Origin: an uncultured Bacilli bacterium
GTDB lineage: Bacteria > Bacillota_I > Bacilli_A > RF39 > UBA660
Direction: 5' to 3'
NCBI GenBank assembly: GCA_944350345.1
Contig: CALVOP010000002.1
Location: 577 to 64,576, forward strand
Length of the DNA stretch: 64,000 nucleotides
In this document: positions 1 through 8,597 of the stretch, piece by piece
How positions within the stretch are numbered: position 1 is the first letter of the stretch
How the letters are laid out: each line of letters begins with the position of its first letter
Program-made: the position numbers and the translations under genes
The notes under the pieces: model-generated
Seen by the model: the letters and a program-made list of their open reading frames with translations, nothing else
Database searches by the model: none
What the model was told of the DNA's origin: nothing

Positions 1-1860
1 GAGGGAGAACAACATGGAATAAGAACAAATAGCACTATAAAAACAGAGGTAGATAATTGGTATGCAAGTAATTTAAATGATTTTGATGGGTACATAAGTA
101 AGACTGCAATATATTGTAATGATAGAACGGTAGCGAGCGGAATCGTGTGGAATGAGTATTCATATGATATGCCTTATACAACATATACAAGATTAAACAT
201 AAATAAAACACCAACGTTTGTATGTAGTAATTTTGGTGATAGATTTACAGCAAGTGCGACAACAGGAAATGGAAAACTAACATATCCAATAGGACTAATC
301 ACAGCAGATGAGATAAGTTATGCAGGAGGATTATATGGAACAAATAATACAAGTTATTATATAGTTCAAAATGCATTAAGTGGATCAGACTACTGGTGGA
401 CAATGAGCCCAGCTCGCAATTATATTCTCTCTGCAGAAATCATGGTGGTTGGTGGAACTACATATACGGGATATCTATCTAGCAATATTGTCAACAGTGC
501 TCGTGGAGTACGCCCTGTAATTTCACTAAAGGCGTGTGTTCTTGCTTCTGGAGGAAGCGGGGCTGCAAGTGATCCGTATACAGTAAGTTTGGCTGAGGGA
601 TGTGCTAATGTAGAAAATGAGATATTAGAAGAAAATACAGTAAGAGTAAGTGCAACAACAAATGATACGAGTATGGCAACAGTAAACGCACCAAGTTCAG
701 TAATAATAAATAGTGGAAGCAGTTACACATTTATATTCACGGTAAATAGTGGATATGGGTATGACAGTGTAAGTGGATGTAATGGAACGTATGATACAAA
801 TACAAATAAATTAACAGTAAGTAATGTAACAGATAACACGACATGTACTGTAAACTTTAAGGCGCTAAATCCATTATATGCCCAAGTGTTAGAGGACAAC
901 CCAAATGTAAGTACAAGGACAGATTTTAGTACAATATTTACGACAAGTAATAATGGGAACACAATATATAAAGCGAGTGGACAAGATGGAAAAGATACAT
1001 ATTATTTTGCAGGGTCAGTAACAAATAACTATGTAAAATTTGCTAATAAGTACTGGAGAATAGTAAGAATAAATGAGGATAATAGTGTACGTTTAATATA
1101 TGCAGGTACAAGTGCAGATGATACAGCAGCATTTATAAGTACATCACAGGCATATAATTCAAGCTATAATAATAGTTCATATGTAGGGTATATGTATACT
1201 TTAAATGAGCAGTTCGGAACAGGGACAAATAGTAGTATAAAAACAGTTGTGGATAACTGGTACACAAGTAATTTAAGTAGTTATTCAGGGTATATAAGTA
1301 AGACTGCGATATACTGTAATGATAGAACGGTGGCAAGTGGATATACATGGAGTGCAACAGGAAGTACTACATTCTACTATGCTGCAAGAGAAAGACTATA
1401 CACAAATAAAGCACCGTCATTTGTATGTAGTAATGCAAATGATAGGTTTACAGCAAGTACGACAACAGGAAACGGAAAACTAACATATCCAATAGGATTA
1501 ATTACAATGGATGAGGTATACTACGCAGGAGGATATACATCAAATAACACAAGTTATTATATAGCCCAGAACGCATCTAGTGGAGCGTCATGGTGGTGGA
1601 CAATGAGTCCGTACAGCTGGGGTAGCTACTTCAGCAACGCTTACATGTTCTACGTGGGCGGGTCTTCTGGCACTGGCTGCTTGAGCAACTACAGCGTCGG
1701 CGGCACGATCGGCGTGCGTCCCGTAATTTCTCTGAAATCTTGTGTCCTTACTTCTGGAGGAAGCGGGACTGCAAGTGATCCTTATACAGTAAGTGTTTCT
1801 AGTGCGTGCTCAAGTGCGGAGAATACAGTTGGCGGTAATGATGTTGTGGTTGTAGGGTAA
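1..1860 (+). CDS. Repeat-containing secreted/surface protein, 5'-partial. The reading frame is open from position 1. It has large tandem modules of about 1.2 kb (about 400 aa) carrying a conserved WWTMSP ... GVRPVISLK ... SGGSG(A/T)ASDPYTVS motif block. This resembles the WLRSP/GVRPA module that is widespread in Firmicutes surface proteins.
   Basis: Frame 1 is open from nt 1, and the ORF-track Met at 145 is internal. Nt 25-120 are about 85-90% identical to nt 1226-1335. The protein shows two diverged copies of the same ~400 aa module. No LPXTG motif is present at the C-terminus. Confidence 0.6.
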   Translation, partial: EGEQHGIRTNSTIKTEVDNWYASNLNDFDGYISKTAIYCNDRTVASGIVWNEYSYDMPYTTYTRLNINKTPTFVCSNFGDRFTASATTGNGKLTYPIGLITADEISYAGGLYGTNNTSYYIVQNALSGSDYWWTMSPARNYILSAEIMVVGGTTYTGYLSSNIVNSARGVRPVISLKACVLASGGSGAASDPYTVSLAEGCANVENEILEENTVRVSATTNDTSMATVNAPSSVIINSGSSYTFIFTVNSGYGYDSVSGCNGTYDTNTNKLTVSNVTDNTTCTVNFKALNPLYAQVLEDNPNVSTRTDFSTIFTTSNNGNTIYKASGQDGKDTYYFAGSVTNNYVKFANKYWRIVRINEDNSVRLIYAGTSADDTAAFISTSQAYNSSYNNSSYVGYMYTLNEQFGTGTNSSIKTVVDNWYTSNLSSYSGYISKTAIYCNDRTVASGYTWSATGSTTFYYAARERLYTNKAPSFVCSNANDRFTASTTTGNGKLTYPIGLITMDEVYYAGGYTSNNTSYYIAQNASSGASWWWTMSPYSWGSYFSNAYMFYVGGSSGTGCLSNYSVGGTIGVRPVISLKSCVLTSGGSGTASDPYTVSVSSACSSAENTVGGNDVVVVG

Positions 1861-1945
1861 ATTTTTGTTAAATGATAAAACACAACTTTGGGTTGTGTTT
1901 TTAATGTCACATTAATTATTGGTTTTATATTTGAAATAAGTTAAT

Positions 1946-3205
1946 TTATTTTTTTATGTCTTTTCTATCAAATTCATTATGAAGTATTTTTGTTGACCAA
2001 AGTATTGAGTATAGTGTTTGATTTATTATTAAATCAAATTCACCTATATATTCGTAAATGTTTGGATTAAAGTTTAGCTTGAATTCATTTAGACCTTTGT
2101 ATGGATTTTCTTTCGTGAAGTCTCCTGTTATTCCGTTTAAATCTAAATATGAATAGTTATTGCTTTTATAATATTCTATTAGTTTTGTGTATAATATGTG
2201 ATTTGGGTTTTGTTTTGTGTTTTTGTTAAATCCACTTATTACTATGTTTATTCGGTTTTGATATTTTATTATTAAGGCTGAAGCTATTGTTTGTTTTATT
2301 ATTCCGTTTTGTATGTAATTGTTTATTTCTGTTATTTCTTGATTTAATGTTGTTATTTTTTTGTCTGATTCCATTTTTTGCTTTAATAGTTGTTTGTTTT
2401 TTGTATCATTTATAAATGCTTTGTTGATTTGTTCATTTTCTCCTAATAATTTTGAATATTCTTTTTGGCAGTTTTTTAAGTGATCATGATAGTCTATTTG
2501 TAATAACCATAAATCTGACATGTTTGCTTCATTGAATATTTTATAATAGTTTTTATAATATTCAATTGAGTTATTTTTTTTATTTTTTACTAGTTCATAA
2601 AACTCATTTAAATTGTATTCATCACCCTTTATTAAAGTTATTCCATTTTTGTCTTTGTTTCTTATTTTTTGTTTGATGTTTTTGTTTAAATTTTCCAGGT
2701 TGAATTCTTTTAAATTTATAATTGGATTGTATTTTGGAAGTAAACTTTCAAAATATATATTGTCCTTTAATTTTTTGTAGTCTAAACTTTCTAATGTCTT
2801 TATTATTTTTCTTGTTTGCTCATTTATGTTCTTTGCGTTTGTTTCTGGGAATACTTCTGCAAGTGCTATTTCTGGGTTAATTTTTATAAATGCAAATCCT
2901 TTTTTAAAGAAATATTTTTTTATTAATTTTGTAAATTCTTTTAAATAGTATTCGTTTTGATAATCAATTAAAAAACCTCTTGGACTGTAACCGTATTTTA
3001 TATTTATTGCAATGTATTTTGATAATATAAGTGCGGCTCCAATTATTTTTTCTTCTTCAAATACTGCGATGTATATAGGGGTGTATCCGAATTTTTTCAT
3101 TAAGTTTCCGTACTGGCTTGTTTGATAATAGTTTCTTAAAATATGATTGTTTGCAAAATTATCAAATTCTTTTTCATTTATTTCTTTTATCTGCATTTTT
3201 TTCAC
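1946..3205 (-). CDS. FemAB-family aminoacyltransferase (peptidoglycan interpeptide bridge formation, FemX/FemA/FemB-like)
   Basis: It is 419 aa. The N-terminal region (AALILSKYIAINIKYGYSPRGFLIDYQNE) aligns to the FemA consensus (KVFKYFYSNRGPVIDYENQE). A central coiled-coil segment and the overall length are typical of FemAB. An RBS precedes the start. Confidence 0.75.
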   Translation of the reverse strand: MKKMQIKEINEKEFDNFANNHILRNYYQTSQYGNLMKKFGYTPIYIAVFEEEKIIGAALILSKYIAINIKYGYSPRGFLIDYQNEYYLKEFTKLIKKYFFKKGFAFIKINPEIALAEVFPETNAKNINEQTRKIIKTLESLDYKKLKDNIYFESLLPKYNPIINLKEFNLENLNKNIKQKIRNKDKNGITLIKGDEYNLNEFYELVKNKKNNSIEYYKNYYKIFNEANMSDLWLLQIDYHDHLKNCQKEYSKLLGENEQINKAFINDTKNKQLLKQKMESDKKITTLNQEITEINNYIQNGIIKQTIASALIIKYQNRINIVISGFNKNTKQNPNHILYTKLIEYYKSNNYSYLDLNGITGDFTKENPYKGLNEFKLNFNPNIYEYIGEFDLIINQTLYSILWSTKILHNEFDRKDIKK

Positions 3206-3310
3206 TCCTTTTTTAAAAATAGTAAATTATTATAGCATAGATAGGTGTAAATGTCTATTGCTTTTTAATAACTTGGTTGTTATAATTTTCTTATGAAAGT
3301 ATGGTGAATT

Positions 3311-4546
3311 ATGAGTAAAATTGTTGATATAACTTCACGTGAGATTTTGGATTCTAGAGGTAATCCTACTGTTGAAACTAAAGTTTATACTGAAAAAGGT
3401 AATATTGGTGTTTTTAGTGTTCCAAGTGGTGCTAGTACCGGTACTAGAGAGGCTCTTGAACTTAGGGATAATGATGAGAGATATTTTGGTAAAGGGGTTT
3501 TAAAAGCTGTTAGTAATGTTGGTTTAATTAAAGAAAAACTTGTCGGTGTTGAAGTTAGTGAACAAAGAAAAATTGATGAAGTTATGATTGAACTTGATGG
3601 AACTCCTAATAAAAGTAATCTGGGTGCGAATGCTATTTTAAGCGTTAGTGTTGCTTGTTTAAAAGCTGCTGCATTAGATAGTGGTTTAGATGTTTATGAA
3701 TATTTAAATAAACGTGAAAAGAAACTTCCTTATGCTATGTATAATATTATTAATGGTGGTAAACATTCAAGTAATAATTTGGATATACAGGAGTTTATGA
3801 TTGTTCCTAAATTTAAAGAGTTTAAGGAAGGTTTAAGGGCTGCTGGTGAGATATTTAATCAGTTAAAGAGTTTGTTAATTAAACAAGGACTTAGTATTAA
3901 TGTTGGGGATGAAGGTGGTTTTGCTCCTGATTTAAAAAGTAATGAAGAAGCACTTAGTTTGATTATAAAAAGTATTAGTGAAGCAGGGTATATTCCAGGA
4001 GTTAATGTGTTTATTGCTTTAGATGTCGCTGCAAGTAGTTTGTATAATAAAAATAATGATACTTATAAGTTAGATAATAATAATTTGTCTAGAGAAGAAT
4101 TACTTGATTATTATGTGTCTTTGGTTAAAAGTTATCCAATTATTAGTATTGAAGACCCGTTTGATGAAGATGATTATGAAGGATTTAAAATGATTACTGA
4201 AGTTTTGGGTAAAAAAATCAGTATTGTAGGTGATGATTTATTTGTTACGAATAAAGAATTACTTAAAAAAGGTATTGATAATAAAATGTGTAATGCTATT
4301 TTGATAAAGTTAAATCAAGTTGGAACTTTTTATGAAACTTTAGAAACTATTGTTCTCGCTAAACAACATAATTATACAACTATTATTAGTCATAGAAGTG
4401 GGGAAACTCTTGACACATTTATAGCAGACTTGGCTGTTTCATTAAATATTCCTTTTATTAAAACTGGGTCTGTTACTCGTGGAGAAAGGGTTTGTAAGTA
4501 TAATAGGCTTATGGAAATTGAAGAGGAATTAAGTAAGAATGAATAA
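3311..4546 (+). CDS. eno: Enolase (phosphopyruvate hydratase)
   Basis: The N-terminus MSKIVDITSREILDSRGNPTVETKVYTEKG... is a classic full-length enolase signature. Confidence 0.97.
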   Translation: MSKIVDITSREILDSRGNPTVETKVYTEKGNIGVFSVPSGASTGTREALELRDNDERYFGKGVLKAVSNVGLIKEKLVGVEVSEQRKIDEVMIELDGTPNKSNLGANAILSVSVACLKAAALDSGLDVYEYLNKREKKLPYAMYNIINGGKHSSNNLDIQEFMIVPKFKEFKEGLRAAGEIFNQLKSLLIKQGLSINVGDEGGFAPDLKSNEEALSLIIKSISEAGYIPGVNVFIALDVAASSLYNKNNDTYKLDNNNLSREELLDYYVSLVKSYPIISIEDPFDEDDYEGFKMITEVLGKKISIVGDDLFVTNKELLKKGIDNKMCNAILIKLNQVGTFYETLETIVLAKQHNYTTIISHRSGETLDTFIADLAVSLNIPFIKTGSVTRGERVCKYNRLMEIEEELSKNE

Positions 4547-4988
4547 TGTGATTTATATTGATATTAAAGATTATGAAAGTGCTTTTAATGAGTTTAATGA
4601 TAAATATATTTCAGATAGTTTGTTTAATTATATAACTACCGAATATGCTAAAAGTAAAAATGTTATTATTAAAATAACTGGTGTTAAAGAAGGTAAACAG
4701 GAAAAATTGTATGAAGCAATTAGATATACTTTTAAAGAAAAATATAAAAATTATATTAAATTAGATAAATTTGATGATTGGTATAGATTTTTATTACTTA
4801 TTTTGGGTGTTTTATTTGTGACTTTGAATCAGATTTTTGAAATTTATTTTTTAAAAGAAATTATGTTAGTTGCTGCATGGGTTGTAATATGGGAAACTGT
4901 TTATGATTTTCTGTTTAAAGGTAGTGGTAGAAAAATTAAAAGTAAAATGTATAAAAGTTTAATTAATGCTATAGTTGAATTTGATTAA
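4539..4988 (+). CDS. Hypothetical small membrane protein (two C-terminal TM helices). Its start overlaps the eno stop (ATGAATAA), so it is probably co-transcribed.
   Basis: 149 aa ORF with AT-rich codon usage consistent with the host. It has a hydrophobic C-terminal half. No recognisable family. Confidence 0.5.
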   Translation: MNNVIYIDIKDYESAFNEFNDKYISDSLFNYITTEYAKSKNVIIKITGVKEGKQEKLYEAIRYTFKEKYKNYIKLDKFDDWYRFLLLILGVLFVTLNQIFEIYFLKEIMLVAAWVVIWETVYDFLFKGSGRKIKSKMYKSLINAIVEFD

Positions 4989-5086
4989 AGTTTATGATTA
5001 TTAATAAAAGTGTTTCATAAAAAAATAGAGAATAATAATATTAGAAGACAAGTTTAGACTTGTTTTTTATTATGTAGGAAAAGATT

Positions 5087-5419
5087 ATGAAAACTATTTT
5101 AGAAAAATATGAAAATAAAATATTTGAAGATATAAAACATATTGATGAGTTTGGTAATGAATATTGGTTAGCTAGAGAATTGCAAAATGTACTAGAATAT
5201 AAAAGATGGAATAAATTTTGTAATGTAATAAAACACGCTAAGAAAGCATGTGAGAATAGTAATTATAAAGTTTATGGACATTTTTCCCAGGTGGAAAAAA
5301 CATCAAAAATGCCTAATGGTGGAGTTAAAAATTTTGATAAATTTCATAATGCTGGATATAAGGTTTTATATAATGGTGAAACAGCAAATGATATTGCTAA
5401 AAGAAAGGTTTATAGATAA
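5087..5419 (+). CDS. DinD-like / Bro-N domain protein (DNA-damage-inducible protein D N-terminal domain only, short form)
   Basis: IKHIDEFGNEYWLARELQNVLEYKRWNKFCNVIKHAKKACENSNYKVYGHF aligns closely with the E. coli DinD N-terminus (IRHYGTEGQEFWSARELAPLLDYRDWRNFQKVLARATQACEASGHAASDHF). It is 110 aa against about 270 aa for DinD. Confidence 0.65.
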   Translation: MKTILEKYENKIFEDIKHIDEFGNEYWLARELQNVLEYKRWNKFCNVIKHAKKACENSNYKVYGHFSQVEKTSKMPNGGVKNFDKFHNAGYKVLYNGETANDIAKRKVYR

Positions 5420-5440
5420 ATTAAAATAAAAGGAGTTTAA

Positions 5441-6379
5441 ATGAAAAATGAAATAATATTATTTGAAAATCAAAATGTTAAGTTAGAAGTAAATATGAAA
5501 GATGAAACAGTGTGGCTAAATCAAGAACAAATGGTTAAATTGTTTGAAAGAGACCAATCGGTAATAGCTAGACATATTAGAAATATTTTTAAAGAAGGAG
5601 AACTAATTAAAAAAAGTAATATGCAAAAAATGCATATTGCAAACTCGGATAAGCCAGTAATATTTTATAATTTAGATGTAATCATAAGTGTTGGTTATAG
5701 AGTAAAATCTAAAAATGGCATTATTTTTAGAAAATGGGCTAATAAAGTCTTAAAAGATTATTTAATTAAGGGTTATGCTGTTAATTATAAAAGATTAGAG
5801 TATCTTGAAAAAACGATTAAATTAATTGATATTGCAGGAAGAATTAGTGAAGATTTAAAGGGGAGTGAAGCTAAAGAAATTATTAAAGTTATTAATAATT
5901 ATTCAAATGCTTTTAATATGCTTGATGATTATGATTATAAAAGAATTATTAAGCCTAGTGGTAGAAAAGATAATAAAAAAATAACATATGATGAATGCTT
6001 AAATGTTATAAAAAGTTTGAAATATAAAATTAAAAGTAATTTATTTGCGCTTGAAAGGGAAAATGGATTGAACTCTATTATAAGGAATATTTATCAAAGT
6101 TTTGATGGAAAAGACTTGTATGCTTCTATAGAAGAAAAAGCTGCTAACTTTTTATATTTAATTACTAAAAATCATGTGTTTATTGATGGAAATAAGAGAA
6201 TTGCAGCAACTTTATTTATATATTTTTTAGAGTTTTATAATATTTTGTATGATGAAAGTGGACAAGTTATTGATAATAATACTTTAGTGGCTCTTACGTT
6301 ATTGATTGCTCAGTCTGATCCTAGGGAAAAAGAAGTTTTAATTGATTTAATAATGAATTTTTTAGTGAAAAATTTTTGA
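5441..6379 (+). CDS. RhuM-family protein with C-terminal Fic/Doc domain
   Basis: The N-terminus (MKNEIILFENQNVKLEVNMKDETVWLNQEQMVKLFERDQSVIARHIRNIFKEGEL) matches the Virulence_RhuM family. The C-terminus has HVFIDGNKRIAATL, which is a Doc-type Fic motif (HxFx[DN]GNKR). Confidence 0.8.
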   Translation: MKNEIILFENQNVKLEVNMKDETVWLNQEQMVKLFERDQSVIARHIRNIFKEGELIKKSNMQKMHIANSDKPVIFYNLDVIISVGYRVKSKNGIIFRKWANKVLKDYLIKGYAVNYKRLEYLEKTIKLIDIAGRISEDLKGSEAKEIIKVINNYSNAFNMLDDYDYKRIIKPSGRKDNKKITYDECLNVIKSLKYKIKSNLFALERENGLNSIIRNIYQSFDGKDLYASIEEKAANFLYLITKNHVFIDGNKRIAATLFIYFLEFYNILYDESGQVIDNNTLVALTLLIAQSDPREKEVLIDLIMNFLVKNF

Positions 6380-6458
6380 TGTCAAATAGTTTAAATATAA
6401 AATATTTGTGTTTTTAATAGTTTTATAGTATAATTAGTGTATGAATTGGAGGGGTTTT

Positions 6459-6548
6459 ATGTATATTTTAGTTATAATTATTGGTTTCTTTATGTTTATT
6501 GATTGTATTAGATCAGGATTTGGATATAAAGGCAAGAAAAGAAGATAA
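6459..6548 (+). CDS. Possible 29-aa membrane mini-protein (MYILVIIIGFFMFIDCIRSGFGYKGKKRR) upstream of secG
   Basis: A strong RBS (TGGAGGGG) lies 8 nt upstream of the ATG. It has a hydrophobic helix and a basic tail. It is too short for the ORF track. Confidence 0.3.
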   Translation: MYILVIIIGFFMFIDCIRSGFGYKGKKRR

Positions 6549-6568
6549 AAGAAAAGGAATGTGAAATC

Positions 6569-6781
6569 GTGGAAGTTTTATTAATTATTATATCAATTTT
6601 ATTAATAGCTATTGTACTTTTACAAAGTAATAAAGCTAGTGAAGCAGGACAAATTATTACTGGTGGTAATACAATACTTATGGGTAATATGAAAGAAAGA
6701 GGTAGTGAAAAATTTATAACTAGACTTACTTATACTTTAGGTTTTCTATTTATAATTGTTTCATTAATCTTATCTATATAA
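6569..6781 (+). CDS. secG: Preprotein translocase subunit SecG (GTG start)
   Basis: 70 aa with two TM helices and a Gly-rich loop (QSNKASEAGQIITGGN). The eno-secG neighbourhood is conserved in Firmicutes. A terminator follows at 6782-6804. Confidence 0.8.
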   Translation: MEVLLIIISILLIAIVLLQSNKASEAGQIITGGNTILMGNMKERGSEKFITRLTYTLGFLFIIVSLILSI

Positions 6782-6807
6782 AGAAAGCAAATGCTTTCTT
6801 TTTTAGG

Positions 6808-7833
6808 ATGTTTATGAAAGATATATTTGGTTATACTTTGGAAGAATTAGAAGTTTTTTTAGTTGAAATGGGATTTAAAAAATATAATGCATCTCAGGTT
6901 TTTGACTGGATTTATAAAAAGAATATTTTTGATTTTTCTCTTATGAGTAATATTAGTAAAAGTTTGAAATGTTTTTTAAATGATAATTTTTGTGCTAATT
7001 TATTAAAGGTTTCTAAAGTCGTTAGAGATGAAAAAAGTAGTAAATATTTGTTAGAACTTAGCGACGAAAATAAAATTGAATGTGTTCTTTTAAAACATGA
7101 TTATGGTAATTCTTTGTGTGTTAGTTCTCAAGTTGGTTGTAATATGGGTTGTGCTTTTTGTGAAAGTGGTAGGTTAAAAAAAGTAAGAGATTTGTCTTTA
7201 GGTGAAATGGTTCTTCAAATTGTTACAGTTCTAGTGGAAGAATGTATTAGGATTGATAGTGTTGTTGTAATGGGAATAGGTGAACCTTTTGATAATTTTG
7301 ATGTTTTAAAAAGATTTATTAGTGTTATTACTTGTCCTTTTGGACTAGAAATAGGTCAAAGACATATTACTGTATCTACTTGTGGACTTGTTCCTAAGAT
7401 TAAAGAATTTGCTTCTTTAAATACTCAGGTTAATTTAGCTATTAGTCTTCACGCGGGTAGTGATGAAGTTAGAAATAAACTTATGAATATTAATCGTGTT
7501 TATCCTATTAAAGATGTGTTTGATGCATTAGATTTTTATATTTTTAAAACTAATAGAAGAGTAACTATTGAATATATTTTAATTGATGGCATTAATGATA
7601 GTGAAAAGGATGCATTAGATTTAGTGTCTTTAGTTAAAGGTAAACTTATGTATGTTAATTTGATACCTTATAATGAAACTAGTAATTTTACATTTAAAAG
7701 AAGTAATGAGTTTAAAATAAATAAGTTTTATGATATACTTAAGAAGAATGGTATAAATGTGATAATAAGAAAGAATATTGCAGGTGGTATTAATGCTGCT
7801 TGTGGACAACTTAGAGCAAAGGAGAGTGCATAA
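6808..7833 (+). CDS. rlmN: 23S rRNA (adenine2503-C2)-methyltransferase RlmN (radical SAM)
   Basis: It carries the CNMGCAFCESG radical-SAM cluster motif and has RlmN length and architecture. It belongs to the conserved rlmN-stp-prkC-rsgA-rpe cluster. Confidence 0.9.
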   Translation: MFMKDIFGYTLEELEVFLVEMGFKKYNASQVFDWIYKKNIFDFSLMSNISKSLKCFLNDNFCANLLKVSKVVRDEKSSKYLLELSDENKIECVLLKHDYGNSLCVSSQVGCNMGCAFCESGRLKKVRDLSLGEMVLQIVTVLVEECIRIDSVVVMGIGEPFDNFDVLKRFISVITCPFGLEIGQRHITVSTCGLVPKIKEFASLNTQVNLAISLHAGSDEVRNKLMNINRVYPIKDVFDALDFYIFKTNRRVTIEYILIDGINDSEKDALDLVSLVKGKLMYVNLIPYNETSNFTFKRSNEFKINKFYDILKKNGINVIIRKNIAGGINAACGQLRAKESA

Positions 7834-7835
7834 AA

Positions 7836-8597
7836 GTGATATTTCATTATCAAACTGATGCAGGTAAAGTTAGAAGTCACAATGAGGATAGTGTGACTAT
7901 TGTTAGTAATAAAAGTGGAGAATATTTATTAGTTGTAGCTGATGGTATGGGAGGACACCGTGCAGGTGAAATTGCTTCTAGTATGGCTGTTACAGAATTG
8001 GGTAGTAGATTTCAAAAACTAGGCAGTATCGGAAATAAGATAGATGCAGTTAACTGGTTAAAAGAGATAATAGAAGAGATTAATTTGAATATTATTAAAT
8101 ATGCCAATGAACACGTTGATTCTACTGGGCTTGGCACTACTTGTGTCGCTGCTGTTTTGACTAATGATTATTTAATTTTTGCTAATGTTGGGGACTCAAG
8201 TGGTTTTGTTAAGAAAGATGGTAAATTATATAAAGTTACTAAAGATCATACTTTAGTTAATATATTAGTTGAGACTGGTGAACTTAGACCTGAAGAGGCA
8301 GAACACCATCCTCAGAAAAACGTACTTATGAGAGCTCTTGGAGCGAGTGAAAAGGTTGACGTTGATATATTTGCAGTGGAAGACCCGGTTGATGAGATTA
8401 TATTGTGTAGTGATGGACTTACTAATATGTTAACGGTTGAACAGATTGAGAAAGTGTTAAATGAAGATGACTTATCAATAGAGGAAAAAGTGAATAAATT
8501 AATTAATAAAAGTAATATGAGGGGCGGCAATGATAACATTAGTGTAGCTTATTTAATTAAGAAGAGTGGTGATACAGTTGATAGTAAAGGGTTCTAA
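7836..8597 (+). CDS. stp: PP2C-family Ser/Thr protein phosphatase (Stp/PrpC), GTG start
   Basis: VVADGMGGHRAGEIAS, a PP2C metal-binding motif. Its position is immediately upstream of the PASTA kinase. Confidence 0.9.
   Translation: MIFHYQTDAGKVRSHNEDSVTIVSNKSGEYLLVVADGMGGHRAGEIASSMAVTELGSRFQKLGSIGNKIDAVNWLKEIIEEINLNIIKYANEHVDSTGLGTTCVAAVLTNDYLIFANVGDSSGFVKKDGKLYKVTKDHTLVNILVETGELRPEEAEHHPQKNVLMRALGASEKVDVDIFAVEDPVDEIILCSDGLTNMLTVEQIEKVLNEDDLSIEEKVNKLINKSNMRGGNDNISVAYLIKKSGDTVDSKGF

Noticed and set aside
1247-1255. DnaA-box-like TGTGGATAA
   Set aside because: It is a single occurrence inside a coding repeat and there is no cluster of boxes, so it is probably chance.
723-1357. Minus-strand ORFs 723-962 and 1133-1357 from the ORF track
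   Set aside because: They are fully antisense to the long repeat-protein gene and have low-complexity hydrophobic translations typical of the reverse frame of AT-rich coding DNA.
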